Shown: piece after piece, positions 38,689-50,300 of the stretch | How positions within the stretch are numbered: position 1 is the first letter of the stretch | How the letters are laid out: each line of letters opens with the position of its first letter | From: Phycisphaeraceae bacterium | GTDB lineage: Bacteria; Planctomycetota; Phycisphaerae; Phycisphaerales; Phycisphaeraceae | NCBI GenBank assembly: GCA_963674705.1 | Contig: OY771506.1 | Location: 4,448,001 to 4,512,000 of the forward strand | Direction of reading: 5' to 3' | DNA length: 64,000 nucleotides | Program-made: the position numbers and the translations under genes | Notes under the pieces: generated by a model | Told to the model about the DNA's origin: nothing | Database searches by the model: none | What the model saw: the letters and a program-made list of their open reading frames with translations, nothing else

Positions 38689-40668
38689 CTATCGCCTGGT
38701 AGCGATGCGCTTTTCACCATAAACCTTCATCTCATAGATCGTCGGCGAATACCAGTTGTTCGGATTGTTGTGTAGATGAGCACCGTGAACGGTCAATCTC
38801 ACGTACCGCGCCTCGGCCGGCTTCTCCAACACATCACTCGTAAAGCCGTAGGTCTTGCTGACGATCGTATTGTCTGTATCAGTGCGGTCCAGTAACGTAG
38901 TCCACATCTTGCCATCGAGGCTGCCATCGATCGTATAGGTGTAATAGCCTTCCGATCCCTTGTGGATATACCAGGAGGTCTGGACGTTCTTAATGACGCA
39001 AGGTGAACCGAGGTCCACACCAATCTCGAACGGCCAGTCTTTCCGATCGCTGCGGAAGAATGTGTCATAGTCCCCGTCAAATGCCTTCGCTACTTCATTA
39101 CCGAGACTGCCCGGGATAGAAGCCTCCGCAGGCTGATCCTGCGAAAGCAGTTGCCCTAGCTCCACCGGCACAATCTCCTTACGGGCAACGTCATAAAGCA
39201 GGTACGGCACATAATCAAAGAAAGCAAAACCATCGGCAAAACGCACCGGCATGATGACCTTTCGGCTCGTGCTATCCCCTCGGATCCAGCGGTTGGCTGC
39301 CATCACACGAACGTATGGCTCGCTGTCGCCAAACTCGATAATCGGGCCCGACTGCGACGAGAAAGTGGAGTTGTTCCCGATCGAGCGCGGCTCGCTCCAA
39401 GGCCCATACAACGAACGAGATGAAACATACCCGCCCCGGCTGGGATACCAGCCCGCCGCCTGCGAGAAGAAGAAGTAATAGAACTCGCCATGCTTCACGA
39501 TATGCGGCGCTTCCCGGTACCCCCCTTCCATCACCTTGGCGACGATCTCCGTCACATCGGTGTAGTCGTCATTCATCTTGAAGATGTAGAGCGTAGCATT
39601 CGCGCCTTGTCCGAGAACGTTCGAGGCCGCCACCAGGTAACCCTGGCCGTCCTCATCTCGGAAGATCGACATGTCGCGAACCTGCACATCGAACGGGTTG
39701 TAGATGTGGTGGATGGTAAAAGGCTGCCCCGGCGTCGCGGTCGCGACCATCGCCCTGCCGTGCCCGTACCGTGGACCCGACAGTTCCCAGTGACACCACC
39801 ACACGATCTTGTCATGCTTTGCGTCGTAAAACTGCGTGCCGGCCTCGAACTTCACATCCGCCATATCAGGATGGCTGTTGCGATCCATCACGACCGGCCC
39901 CTGCGTCCAATGCTCCAGATCCGGCGACGTCCATTGCGTAACGATCAACGATGTCCCGTCGCGCTCCCTGCGATATTCATAGTAAGTATCTCCCACCTTG
40001 ATCGTCTGTTCACGCAGACGTTTTTCGTTCGCCGATTCATTTGAAATACGTGAAAGACCGGTCGGCATCTGCCTGGTTGTGATCGATTCGACGCTCGATT
40101 CAACAGAGCCATCCTTCGAGCTTGCTTTCAAACGGTAATAGTAAGTACCCTCAGCCAAAGCGTAATCGTTGCAGGATCGACCGGCCCCTTCATAGATTTT
40201 CTCAAACGGACCCGAATCCTGCGACGCCCGATAGACTTCAAACTTTTCATAATGCCCGGATGTAGCCCACTGCAAAGCAACGTTATTAATGGGCCCTCTA
40301 TCACTGGTAGCAAACAACGAAGCACTCAATCCGATCTCCGGAAGCTGTGCTTGCTGCAACTCACGCTTTTCCAGCCCCGACATGCTGCGTTTCAGTTCAT
40401 TAAACGCTTCGCGCAATTCAGCCAGGCTCGCATCGTCCGATCGCCCAGCCTCACGTGCCGTATTCAGCGCTGAACGCATGTCGTTCCAGCTCCGGATCGT
40501 GTACTCATGCTCAGGCACTTGACGCGCCTGCTCCACCAACTCGTTTACTTTCTGCCTGGCCTGCTCATCGCCAGCACCCGGCTCAGCAGCCTGCGTACCG
40601 ATCGCGAAACATGTGACAAACAACATGCATACAAAAACAACTGCTTGATGATAAATGCTTCTATTCAT
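38689..40668 (-). CDS. Secreted GH43 (exo-beta-1,3-galactanase-like) with FIVAR-like, FN3-like and F5/8-type C domains
   Basis: RDMSIFRDEDGQGYL, REAPHIVK..YYFFFSQAAGWYP, TFSSQS; AFDGD..ARYVRL..IYEMKVYG. Confidence 0.78.
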   Translation of the reverse strand: MNRSIYHQAVVFVCMLFVTCFAIGTQAAEPGAGDEQARQKVNELVEQARQVPEHEYTIRSWNDMRSALNTAREAGRSDDASLAELREAFNELKRSMSGLEKRELQQAQLPEIGLSASLFATSDRGPINNVALQWATSGHYEKFEVYRASQDSGPFEKIYEGAGRSCNDYALAEGTYYYRLKASSKDGSVESSVESITTRQMPTGLSRISNESANEKRLREQTIKVGDTYYEYRRERDGTSLIVTQWTSPDLEHWTQGPVVMDRNSHPDMADVKFEAGTQFYDAKHDKIVWWCHWELSGPRYGHGRAMVATATPGQPFTIHHIYNPFDVQVRDMSIFRDEDGQGYLVAASNVLGQGANATLYIFKMNDDYTDVTEIVAKVMEGGYREAPHIVKHGEFYYFFFSQAAGWYPSRGGYVSSRSLYGPWSEPRSIGNNSTFSSQSGPIIEFGDSEPYVRVMAANRWIRGDSTSRKVIMPVRFADGFAFFDYVPYLLYDVARKEIVPVELGQLLSQDQPAEASIPGSLGNEVAKAFDGDYDTFFRSDRKDWPFEIGVDLGSPCVIKNVQTSWYIHKGSEGYYTYTIDGSLDGKMWTTLLDRTDTDNTIVSKTYGFTSDVLEKPAEARYVRLTVHGAHLHNNPNNWYSPTIYEMKVYGEKRIATRR

Positions 40669-40791
40669 GGTTAATCCTGCCTTTCGGGTATCGCAGCGTA
40701 CAAGCTAGCAACACTCGCCTTGCTTGGGAATTGCAAACATGCTTTACATCAAGATTTGCCACGCCCTGCTTTACATCACCAAACCCAAACA

Positions 40792-42051
40792 CTACGGCGT
40801 CGGCGGCTGAACACCGCGGGCAATATACTCCGCCAGCCATTGCAAACGCATCGACGCATGAGAGAAGAACATCTTATACCCCTCGCAGAGGATCGATGCT
40901 TCGGGCTTATCGCCACGGTGCGGCCGATCCTTCGGACAACCGCCGTGACACAAATTGAACCACTCACACTTCATGCAGGTATCAGGCAGGTCGAGTTTGC
41001 GCCGGGCAAACGCCCCTAATGTGTCATAGTCCACACGCTCGGGCCAGGCGATGTTGCCGTCTTTGTCGTGGCCGTTGATCGTAAGCTCAACAGGCGCATC
41101 ATCATTAGCCGGAACCTGGCTTTTTGAAATATGACCGATGCGCCAGCGCTTATCAACAAAGTGATCGCAGCCGAAAACGTCACCACTGGATTCGATGGTC
41201 AGTTGCCTGTGGCAGGACTCGCTGTATATACAAAGCGGCGCATGGTTGCCGAGGATCTGATGTAGCGCGGTGTCGAAGTCTCGCACAGAAACCTTGTCAC
41301 GATACTTCTCAAACCAGAGATCGAAAGTCTCGCACATGAATCGGCCGTAGTCATCTGGCCTGGGTGAAAAGGGTGCAAGCACAGGTTCGCCCGTTGCTTC
41401 ATCCGTTTCCCACTCGACCGCCGGAATGAATTGCAGCCAGGTTTCACCAAGCCCGATCAGGTACTCGAACAAGTGCGTTGGATACTTGACGTTCTCCCGA
41501 TGCAGCACACATAGGATGTTGTGCTCAACGTTGTGCTTGCGCAGCAGCTTCAAACCGCGCATCACCTTGGCGTGTGTCTTGCTGCCATCTTTGTCGTAGC
41601 GGTGCTTATCATGCAGCGGCGGCCCGCCATCAATACTGATACCGATAAGAAATGCTTCACGCTTAAAGAACCGACACCAATCGTCATCCAGCAGCGTGCC
41701 GTTTGTCTGAAGAGCATGAACCACTTCCTGGCCGTCGCGCTGAGCGTCCTTCTGAATCTCAACCGCTTTTTCGAAAAACGGGAGCCCCGCGAGTGTCGGC
41801 TCTCCGCCCTGCCAGCAAATGGTCGCCTGATCCGGCGCGGCCGCGATGTAATCCCGAAGCGTCTTTTCAAGCGTCTCCAGACTCATCCGCTGTGTCTTCC
41901 CGTCATAGATACGGTCAGCCACATCCAGGTAATAGCAATACGCACAATCCAGATTGCAGGCCGCACCGACCGGTTTGATCATCAGCGAAGCGCTGGACAT
42001 CACCCGGGCATCGTAGGCCCCGGTAGTTTCTATGGAACTGTTGCCTGCCAT
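40792..42051 (-). CDS. Anaerobic sulfatase maturase (radical SAM/SPASM, ChuR/AslB family)
   Basis: MIKPVGAACNLDCAYCYY, WQGGEPTLAG, LQTNG, CDHFV, C..C..C.GGCPK. Confidence 0.92.
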   Translation of the reverse strand: MAGNSSIETTGAYDARVMSSASLMIKPVGAACNLDCAYCYYLDVADRIYDGKTQRMSLETLEKTLRDYIAAAPDQATICWQGGEPTLAGLPFFEKAVEIQKDAQRDGQEVVHALQTNGTLLDDDWCRFFKREAFLIGISIDGGPPLHDKHRYDKDGSKTHAKVMRGLKLLRKHNVEHNILCVLHRENVKYPTHLFEYLIGLGETWLQFIPAVEWETDEATGEPVLAPFSPRPDDYGRFMCETFDLWFEKYRDKVSVRDFDTALHQILGNHAPLCIYSESCHRQLTIESSGDVFGCDHFVDKRWRIGHISKSQVPANDDAPVELTINGHDKDGNIAWPERVDYDTLGAFARRKLDLPDTCMKCEWFNLCHGGCPKDRPHRGDKPEASILCEGYKMFFSHASMRLQWLAEYIARGVQPPTP

Positions 42052-42217
42052 GTGACTATGGTAGCGTCAATACCTCGCCTCACTGAAAATGTCGGGGGGG
42101 GTGCCGTATATTATGCCAGGATCGTCATAGAATTACATAAACTATTAATATTCAATTATTTACAATATCATCCTATTGCTTTCACTTCTTTTTTTCCTTC
42201 ATGGTCATGCTATAAAC

Positions 42218-42264
42218 TTGCCAAACGTTCGTTTCAGTAATATGTTTTAAACGATCGTTTGAAA
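42218..42264 (+). promoter_or_regulatory. sigma70-type promoter with two palindromic operators for the TetR gene
   Basis: TTGCCA-17-TATGTT; AAACGTTCGTTT (42223-42234) in the spacer and AAACGATCGTTT (42249-42260) over the start site. Confidence 0.65.
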
Positions 42265-42294
42265 CTGGAGGCCGGGCTGATCCGGAGAATCGCC

Positions 42295-42936
42295 ATGACG
42301 CAGGAATCACACACGACAGGCACTCGCGAACGATTGCTAGAGGTTGCTTCCGAATTGTTTGCCGAGAAGGGATATGCGGGGGTCAGTATTTCGGAAATCA
42401 CCGGCATGGCCGAAGCCAATAAAGCCGCAGTGAACTACCACTTCGGGAGTAAGGAAAAGCTCTACCAGGAAGCCTGGCGGCACGCCCACGAACGGGTCAC
42501 CACACTCATCCCGCCCGATGGCGGTGTGGCGGATGACCAGCCCGCCGAGTTACGCTTGCGTGGCAGGATCCGTTCCGGCCTGCAAAGGGCCATGCACGGC
42601 GACGCCATTGAATTCCGCATCATGCGAAACGAAATGGCCAATCCCACCGGCCTGCTCCACCAGGTCATCGAAGACACCATCGAACCACTACGCCAAGCAA
42701 CCCAAAACATCCTCGCTGAATTGCTCGGACCCAAAGCAACCGAGATGGATATACAGCTCTGCGAGTTATGCGTGGTCTCCCCCTGGCTTCACCTGAAACA
42801 TCACAAGCACGCGAGCAAACACAAAGGCCTCGCCCCCGTGATCAATGAAGACATGCTCGAGCCGGTTGCCGACCACTTCACCGCTTATGCCCTCGCAGGC
42901 ATACGACAGATCCGCGAGCGTATCGGGCAGGGATAG
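42295..42936 (+). CDS. TetR-family regulator with CerR/DUF1956-type C-terminus
   Basis: TRERLLEVASELFAEKGY..ANKAAVNYHFGSKEKLY; REMANPT-like motif; ATG 42295 after GGAGA. Confidence 0.9.
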   Translation: MTQESHTTGTRERLLEVASELFAEKGYAGVSISEITGMAEANKAAVNYHFGSKEKLYQEAWRHAHERVTTLIPPDGGVADDQPAELRLRGRIRSGLQRAMHGDAIEFRIMRNEMANPTGLLHQVIEDTIEPLRQATQNILAELLGPKATEMDIQLCELCVVSPWLHLKHHKHASKHKGLAPVINEDMLEPVADHFTAYALAGIRQIRERIGQG

Positions 42937-43036
42937 GTTGATAAACAAGTAGCATCAGCTCCGGAACCGACTTCTAACACGCTCCGACAAAAATGGCTTC
43001 GAATACGAAACAAGCACGACGCATGAGTAACCGCTG

Positions 43037-44428
43037 ATGGATGCACTGGTCCAGAAAGGCGTGATCAGAACGCTGTTTTCGATGGCTGTGCCCATGCTGG
43101 CCGGTACGTTCGCGATGAATGCCTACAACCTGACCGACACCTGGTTCGTCTCTCGCCTGGGAACGCTTCCACTGGCGGCGATGGGATTCACGTTCCCGGT
43201 AGTGATGTTGATCACATGCGTGGGTAGAGGCATCGGCTCGGGTGTCACAACACTTGCAGCCCACGCGATGGGACGCAAGAACCATCTTGAAGCTGAACGG
43301 TTTATCGGCCAAGGCATGATCATGGGCCTGGTCGTGACGATTCTCTTGTCCATCCTCGGATACCTGCTCATCAATCCCGTCTTCCGCCTGCTTGGTGCTG
43401 ATGATAAGACGCTGCCATTAATCGGCGAATACATGCGCACCTGGTACGTGGGCACCGTCTTCATGACGATACCGATGCTGGCGCATGGTACGCTGATCGC
43501 GGTCGGTGATTCACGCGCGGTCAGCCGGCTCATCGTGTTAGGCACCGTGTTGAATGTCATCCTCGACCCGATCTTCATCTTCGGATTCCTCGGCATACCC
43601 GCGATGGGTATCCAAGGTGCAGCGCTTGCCACCGTCATCGCACAAACTTTGCCGGTTGTCTGGCTCATGCATCTGCTGATCCGTAAGCATTACCTGCTGA
43701 CACGCGCCTCGGTTGCCTTGTCAGACAGCCTGGTCGTGATGCGCCGCATCAGCCAGTTTGCGATCCCCGGTTTCTTGAGCATGATCCTCATGCCGATCTC
43801 CGCCTCGGTGATTACCAAGATCCTCAGCTCGTTCGGCCACGAAGCGGTCGCCGCAACCGGTGCGGCAGGACGCCTGGAAATGTTCGCGTTCATGGTTCCG
43901 ATGGCGCTGGGCATCTCACTGACGCCCTTCGTAAGCCAGAACTTCGGTGCCGAGCGCTTAGACCGACTGCGCTACGCACAGAAAGTCAGCACGCTTTTCG
44001 CACTTGGTTATGGCGGATTCATCACCTGCTTGTTCTACATCACCGCCCCCTGGCTCGCGGCCGCATTCACCGAAGACCCGAAAGTCACCGAGGTGCTCGT
44101 AACCTACATCCGGATCGTCGCCTTCGGTTACGGCATGATGGAAGTGCATCGCTACTGCACGTTCTTCCTCACAGGCATGCACAAACCCATGGCCTCAACA
44201 TGCCTCAACGCGATCCGCGTGCTCATCTTCCTGGTCCCGCTGTCTTACCTGGGCGCATATCTCGGCGGCATCAACGGTGTATTCATCGGCCGCTTGGCGA
44301 CCGACCTCATCGTCGGCGCTATAGGCATCGTCTGGGTAGTGATGACGCTAAAGAAAGATCACACACCATCCTCCCACAGCCCGAGCAGATCGGACTCACA
44401 CGATCCTGAATACATGGCGGAGGCATAA
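43037..44428 (+). CDS. MATE-family efflux transporter
   Basis: YNLTDTWFVSRLG, LNVILDPIFIFG..GIQGAALAT, SQNFGA; about 12 TM. Confidence 0.92.
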   Translation: MDALVQKGVIRTLFSMAVPMLAGTFAMNAYNLTDTWFVSRLGTLPLAAMGFTFPVVMLITCVGRGIGSGVTTLAAHAMGRKNHLEAERFIGQGMIMGLVVTILLSILGYLLINPVFRLLGADDKTLPLIGEYMRTWYVGTVFMTIPMLAHGTLIAVGDSRAVSRLIVLGTVLNVILDPIFIFGFLGIPAMGIQGAALATVIAQTLPVVWLMHLLIRKHYLLTRASVALSDSLVVMRRISQFAIPGFLSMILMPISASVITKILSSFGHEAVAATGAAGRLEMFAFMVPMALGISLTPFVSQNFGAERLDRLRYAQKVSTLFALGYGGFITCLFYITAPWLAAAFTEDPKVTEVLVTYIRIVAFGYGMMEVHRYCTFFLTGMHKPMASTCLNAIRVLIFLVPLSYLGAYLGGINGVFIGRLATDLIVGAIGIVWVVMTLKKDHTPSSHSPSRSDSHDPEYMAEA

Positions 44429-44579
44429 ACATCCCGCTCTGGTATGACATGTCAGCCAGAATCATAGGTCCACCCGTTGGTCTATGTGCCGTTACCCCAT
44501 CCGGAGGTAAATCTCATGACACAGCCTTGCACATTCAACGAACTCATGCAATCCTCTTGTAGTTCAATACGATCCAGTT

Positions 44580-45755
44580 ATGGCAAAAAAAACATCCATC
44601 ATGCAACAATCTCGCCCGCCACGTGTCGCTATCATCTGCGACGTCAGCACCGGCTACGGCAGAGAAATCACCCTCGGGGCAACACGATTTGCTAACCTCC
44701 AACGCGAATGGGAACTCTGCACCGAAACGATCGCCGGCCATGCGATCGATATGTTGCCCAGATGCGACGGTGCGATTGTCGCTTCCGGTAATCCGGAAGT
44801 GTACGACCTGGTCGCTTCCCGATGCGAGCGAGTTGTGTATTGTCCGGTTACCTTGGACGTCGAGCGACGCCCGGTGGTTTCGGTGGATGATCGGGCTGTC
44901 GGCGCATTGGCGGCAGAACACCTGATCGGCTGCGGCCTGAAGAACTTTGCGTACTACGGATTCCCCGAATCCAGCGCGTTCGATCGGCGACGATATGAAG
45001 GTTTCTCAGCCACCCTCAAGTCTTATGGCTACGCATGCAGCACCTGCAAATTCCCCTGGCCCCCCTGGCCTAACCGCCTGACTCACAACCACCACCCGCA
45101 ACTGCTTGAGTGGATCGAATCGCTGCCCATGCCTTTGGGCGTCATGGGTGTCACCGACATGCAGGCCCATGACCTGGCCGGCGCATGCCTGACCGTGCAA
45201 ATCCCCGTCCCCGAGCGCGTGGCGATCGTCGGCGTCGATGACGACCCGCTGCTTTGTGAGTCCGCCTGGCCGCCGATCACCAGCGTGGCGTGTGACTTCA
45301 AACGCGTCGGCTATGAAGCAGCCAAGACACTCAAACGTTTGTTGATGAAGGAAAAACTCCACAAAGAGGAGCTGTGGATCCACCTGCCACCACGCGGCAT
45401 CACCGAACGACAGAGCACTGATATCGTGGCGGTAACTCAACCTGAAGTCGCCGAAGCCATCCGGTATATCCGCGAACACGCCTGCGACCCCTGCACCGTC
45501 AAGGACATCCTGCATGTCGTGCCAGTCGGTCGTCGCTGGCTTGAAATGCAGTTCAAGCAGACTCTCGGCCGAACACCGCACGACGAAATCAATCGCGTCC
45601 GAATGGATGTTGCGCGTCGCCTTCTGACCCAACCGGACCTGTCCATCGTCGACATCGCCGAGCGTTGTGGATTCACTTCAGCTCAAACTTTCAGCCGGGC
45701 TTTCTCAGACGCGGTCGGTACAACACCCGCAACCTACCGACGTAAAAGGACTTAA
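44580..45755 (+). CDS. XylR-family transcriptional regulator
   Basis: DDRAVGALAAEHL, VPERVAIVGVDDD, PPITSV, RQSTD, AraC HTH (IAERCGF..TTPATYR). Confidence 0.9.
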   Translation: MAKKTSIMQQSRPPRVAIICDVSTGYGREITLGATRFANLQREWELCTETIAGHAIDMLPRCDGAIVASGNPEVYDLVASRCERVVYCPVTLDVERRPVVSVDDRAVGALAAEHLIGCGLKNFAYYGFPESSAFDRRRYEGFSATLKSYGYACSTCKFPWPPWPNRLTHNHHPQLLEWIESLPMPLGVMGVTDMQAHDLAGACLTVQIPVPERVAIVGVDDDPLLCESAWPPITSVACDFKRVGYEAAKTLKRLLMKEKLHKEELWIHLPPRGITERQSTDIVAVTQPEVAEAIRYIREHACDPCTVKDILHVVPVGRRWLEMQFKQTLGRTPHDEINRVRMDVARRLLTQPDLSIVDIAERCGFTSAQTFSRAFSDAVGTTPATYRRKRT

Positions 45756-45838
45756 ATTGCTTTATGTCTGCCCGGGGGGATGGTAAATACATCGCGATAG
45801 GTGTGCGCATATAGCTTAAAAATGAACGCATTATGCAA

Positions 45839-45866
45839 TTGCCTTGCAATTCACTTGGTTTATAAT
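45839..45866 (+). promoter_or_regulatory. Candidate sigma70 promoter for the prepilin/PEP-CTERM cluster
   Basis: TTGCCT-16-TATAAT in AT-rich intergenic DNA. Confidence 0.4.
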
Positions 45867-46322
45867 TGAAACGTACATATTGTTGTTACATCAGCAGCCT
45901 ACCGCTGTTGTTTCACACTTGGAGAAGCCACATACGGATTATTGTGTTGCCAGTAACCTCATTATTATTCGGTTATTATGGCAAATTGTGGTAGCGGGAT
46001 TTGATGCAAGAGCTTGGAGTTCAAAATTTTGTATTTGGGGTGCTCATGGTGGCCCCTTCGATAACAGAGACATCGGTCCTGGGCTGATCAATAATGAACT
46101 CAGCGCAGATGTAAGCATGGTGTTGCGGGCGCGGCTGATAATGTGCAAGAGACGTCAAATAAAAATGGCTTCATGTCTGATCTTCGCATTGATCGACAAC
46201 TAACGACCGCCGTCCGACGCGCAACATCTTTTTCTTATGAAGCGAACAACAGTGACCACAAGAAACGAACACGTTTATGGTCGCAACAGGGTCTACCCGG
46301 TAGCAAGAAAAGGTGAGATAAC

Positions 46323-47222
46323 ATGGAAAGTCGAAACCGTCTCAATCGTAATGGATTTACACTCATCGAACTCCTGGTGGTCATCAGCATCATCGCGCTG
46401 CTGGTCGGCATCCTCTTGCCCGCACTGGGCGCGGCACGCAGCTCAGCCAGAAATGCCAAATGCCTTTCCATGACACGCCAGCACGCGCTGGCCTGGTCCG
46501 CAATGTCTGTCGATCATAACGACGAGTTCTGGAAGTATGACTTCTACAACTTGATTCATGAAGCCCTGGAAGACTACATGCCCATGACCGGCGACGCGAG
46601 CACCGGCCTGATCTGCCCCGAAACCGAACTGCCCGAGCCCGCGCCCGGTGGTTACGACGCCAACTCGTCGGGGAATTACAGTAACAATGGTACCGCCTCG
46701 GAAGCCGTCCTCTGGAACCCCGTTGCCAATGACGGCACGTACAAGTTCTCCTCTTACGCCTTCAACGGTTTCCTCTATCACAACAAGGAAATGGGCGTGC
46801 GCGGCGCCTGGGGTATCGGCGGTTTCGACTACAACCTCGCCAAATACAGTGCCGACAAACAGAACATCCTCGATAATTACTACTTCGGCGCCAACGTCGG
46901 GCACATCCCCAGCCCCTCACAAACCCCCACCTTCGCAGACAGCAACCGCGTCGACACCTGGCCCATGGACTCGCTGGTTTACACCACCATCAGCACCGGA
47001 AAACTCGTTACCAATTCGGGTAAGGATTACGAGAACAAGATCGTCCGCATGCAGTTCAGAAGGCACTCCGGCGATGCCATCAACATCTCCTACGTCGACG
47101 GCCACGGCGAATCCCCCAGCGTCAACGACCTGTGGCACTACAAGTGGCACAAACAGTTTGAACTCAAAGATGCAAACGTAACCGGCAGCTGGAGCAGCGG
47201 CGGCGCGCCGCCATCTCGTTAA
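46323..47222 (+). CDS. Prepilin-type N-terminal cleavage protein with H-X9-DG-like C-terminus (DUF1559-like)
   Basis: [48 protein letters not shown]. Confidence 0.9.
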   Translation: MESRNRLNRNGFTLIELLVVISIIALLVGILLPALGAARSSARNAKCLSMTRQHALAWSAMSVDHNDEFWKYDFYNLIHEALEDYMPMTGDASTGLICPETELPEPAPGGYDANSSGNYSNNGTASEAVLWNPVANDGTYKFSSYAFNGFLYHNKEMGVRGAWGIGGFDYNLAKYSADKQNILDNYYFGANVGHIPSPSQTPTFADSNRVDTWPMDSLVYTTISTGKLVTNSGKDYENKIVRMQFRRHSGDAINISYVDGHGESPSVNDLWHYKWHKQFELKDANVTGSWSSGGAPPSR

Positions 47223-47349
47223 CCGTTGACTCGACACATCCAGAATGCGAGGGATGAAGAGATAAGTAGCGTTTAAAACAGTTTCGGAACCTCGGCGATT
47301 CGAGCATTTTATCGCCGACGATGTATCGATCACTTTATTGGAGGAGAAC

Positions 47350-50300
47350 ATGATGAGATCTTCAGGTAAAACCGGTCTGACCGGCATCGCGGGCATGTCG
47401 CTCGCGTTGATCTGTGGTATCCCGTTTTCATCGGTCGCCAGCGCGCAATGGGCTGTGGATGCCGATGGCAACTGGACCGATACCGCCAACTGGACCGGCG
47501 GCATCGTCCCCGCCGCAAATGGTGACGCCGTCTTAGGCACCATCATCACCGACAACCGCACCGTCACCCTCGACAGTAATGTCCAACTCAACAGCCTCAC
47601 GTTCAACAACACCTTGAACGCGGGCGACTACTTCCTTGTCCCGTCGACCAGTCAGACATTAACCCTCACCGGCGACGCCGCCATTGATGTCACCGGTCGG
47701 CACTGGATCAAGGCCGAACTCGCAGGCACCGCAGGCATCAACATCAGCGGCGCCGGCGAGCTCGTGCTCGACGCGGACAACTCCTTCAGCGGCGGCCTGA
47801 ACGTCGACGCCACCAACCTCGCCGTCCTCAACACCGACGCCATCCCCGCCGGTAACGACATCACCGCGATCAACGGCGCCCAGATCCGCTTCTGGGGCAC
47901 CGACAACGCGTGGTTCGCAGGTCAAGGCGCAACCGGCTTCGGCACGATGACCTTCGCCGACAACATCTCCGTAGACGCCACCAGCTACGTCACCGTCAAC
48001 GACGGCTCCAATATCACCTTCACCGGGACCATCTCCGGCGACGGCGAGTTCCAGGCCAGTAATTCCCTGGGCAATTACAACTACACCGATGTCACCTTCA
48101 CGACCGCCAACACATACGCCGGTGCTACCCGTCTTTGGGACACAACGATGACCATCACCGGCACCGGCACGCTCGGGACATCCAACGGCACGCAAGCCAG
48201 CGGCACCTTCCTCTCCTTCGAATCGCAACTGGTGCTCGATAACGTCAACCTCGGCAACGAATACCTGTTCCTGGATGAAAACGCCGACGGTGAGCGGGCC
48301 AAGATCGCCAGCAGTGGCAACAGCGCCATCTCCGGCAACATCTACGCCAGTGAATACGATGACGGCAGCCACTACGAATTCTCCTCCGCGGCCGGCGGCA
48401 CACTCACGCTCAGCGGAACCATCTCAGCTTACGACGGCGCAGCCCCCAATGACCGGTACATGGTCTTCTCCGGTGATGGTGACTTCTCCGTGAGTAAGAT
48501 CACCGACGCCATCGTCGATACCGACGGCAACTACCTTGACGTCAGCACCGGCGCCAACGTCCACGTCGTTAAACGTGGCTCCGGCACCCTGACTATCACA
48601 ACCGCCACCGACAACCTCAACGACTACTGGGAAGCAGGCACCGTCGTCGAAGGCGGCACCCTCGTCGTCCAGTCCGACGGCAGCAACGCCGGCGAACTGC
48701 GCAGCGCCGACATCCAGGTCCTCTCAGGCGCAACGCTGGACATCAGCTCCTTCAGCAACTACAGCCTGCAGGTCACCGAGGACCCGGACGGCACCGCATT
48801 CAACGGTGACGAAATCGGTCAAACACTCAGCGGCACCGGCACCATTAACGTCGGCTCCGGAACCATCTTCGCTTATGAAGATGCGGTCTTCGCTCCGGGC
48901 GTCGACGGCGCAGGCACGCTCAGCATCAGCGGCAAACTGAGTATCAATCAATCGCAAGCCAATCCCAACGGCGGGCTGAACTTTGACCTTAGCGGTTCGG
49001 CTGCAGGCGACAACGACCTGCTCGCCGTCAGCAACAGCCTCGACCTCGACGCCGGCGGAGGCGGGACGTTCAAGCTCAATGTCACACTCACCGGTGACAC
49101 GCTGGATACAAGCCCGTACACAATCATGACCGCGGGCAGCACCGCCGGCTCATCAGCCTCGAGCGGCAGCTTCGACATCGCGATCTTCAACGAACAAGGC
49201 ACGCAGCTTGACACCCGTCAGGATGATTCGGCGTCGGTCAGCATCAACGCCAACAGCGTGACCGTCCAGTTCTCCGCGGTCGAGTCCATGAACTGGACCG
49301 GCTCGGTTGACAACACCTGGGACATCGGCACGACCGGCAACTGGAACAGCAGCGACAGCCTCTTCTATGACCTGGACAGTGTCAACTTCAGCGGCACCAA
49401 CACCGTTGACATCCCCGCTTCGGTTACCCCCAGCGGCCTGACCATCAGTAGCGGTTCAACCACCTTCACCGGTGACGGCGCGATCCAAGGCAAGGCCGAC
49501 CTCGCCATCGCCGCGGGCGCAAGTGCAACACTCGGTAACAACGGCGTCAACGCTTTCGCCGACATCAGCATCGGGGCCGGTTCAACATTGAACGCCAGCC
49601 TCGTCTCCGGTGAGTTGCAGGTCAACGGCGACCTCAGCGGCTCAGGTACCCTCAACGTCACCAGCTCCGCCGTCGTGCTCAACGGTGACAACAGTGGCTT
49701 CACCGGTTCGATGACCATCAGCGATGCGAGCGTCGTACCCAATACCGCCACCGCGCTGTCCGGCACCGTCACCGCCAACAGCAACGCCACCATCGGTGTC
49801 TACGGCCAGACATGGACCAACAGCACCGCCATGACGCTCAACGGCGGCACGCTGCGTGTCGGCGGCGGCGACGCCTCGGCGGTCAGCTTCACCGGTAACA
49901 TCAATGTCGGCGCCAATGGCGCAACCATCCAGGTCGACGGCGGCGTGGGTGCAGACGGTGCGACTGTCAACAACGTGCTCATCGGCGCAAACGCGATGAC
50001 CGCAAACGTCGGCGCCAACTCAGCGCTGAACGTGACAGGCACCGTCAGCGGTTCCGGCACACTGACGGTCAGCGACACCGGCTCCATGGTCATGGCCGAC
50101 GGCTCTGCCTTGACCGTCTCCAACATCAACGTGACCAACGGCTCGCTGGACGTCTCAGCGATGAACGCCGGCGCGGGTCTGACACTCGCCAGCGGTCAGG
50201 TCCTCAATAACGACTCTGAGAACACCGTCACCGGCAACATCTCTGCCGGCACCGGCTCGACCATCAGCGGTCACGGCACGTTCGCCAACAACATCACCGT

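Noticed and set aside
40792..42051. Radical SAM/SPASM enzyme as a RiPP maturase
   Set aside because: Motifs match anaerobic sulfatase maturases; no precursor peptide nearby; sulfatase targets are probably elsewhere in the genome
45844..46203. 119-aa ORF in the XylR-prepilin intergenic region
   Set aside because: Starts within the predicted promoter, AT-rich, no recognisable motif
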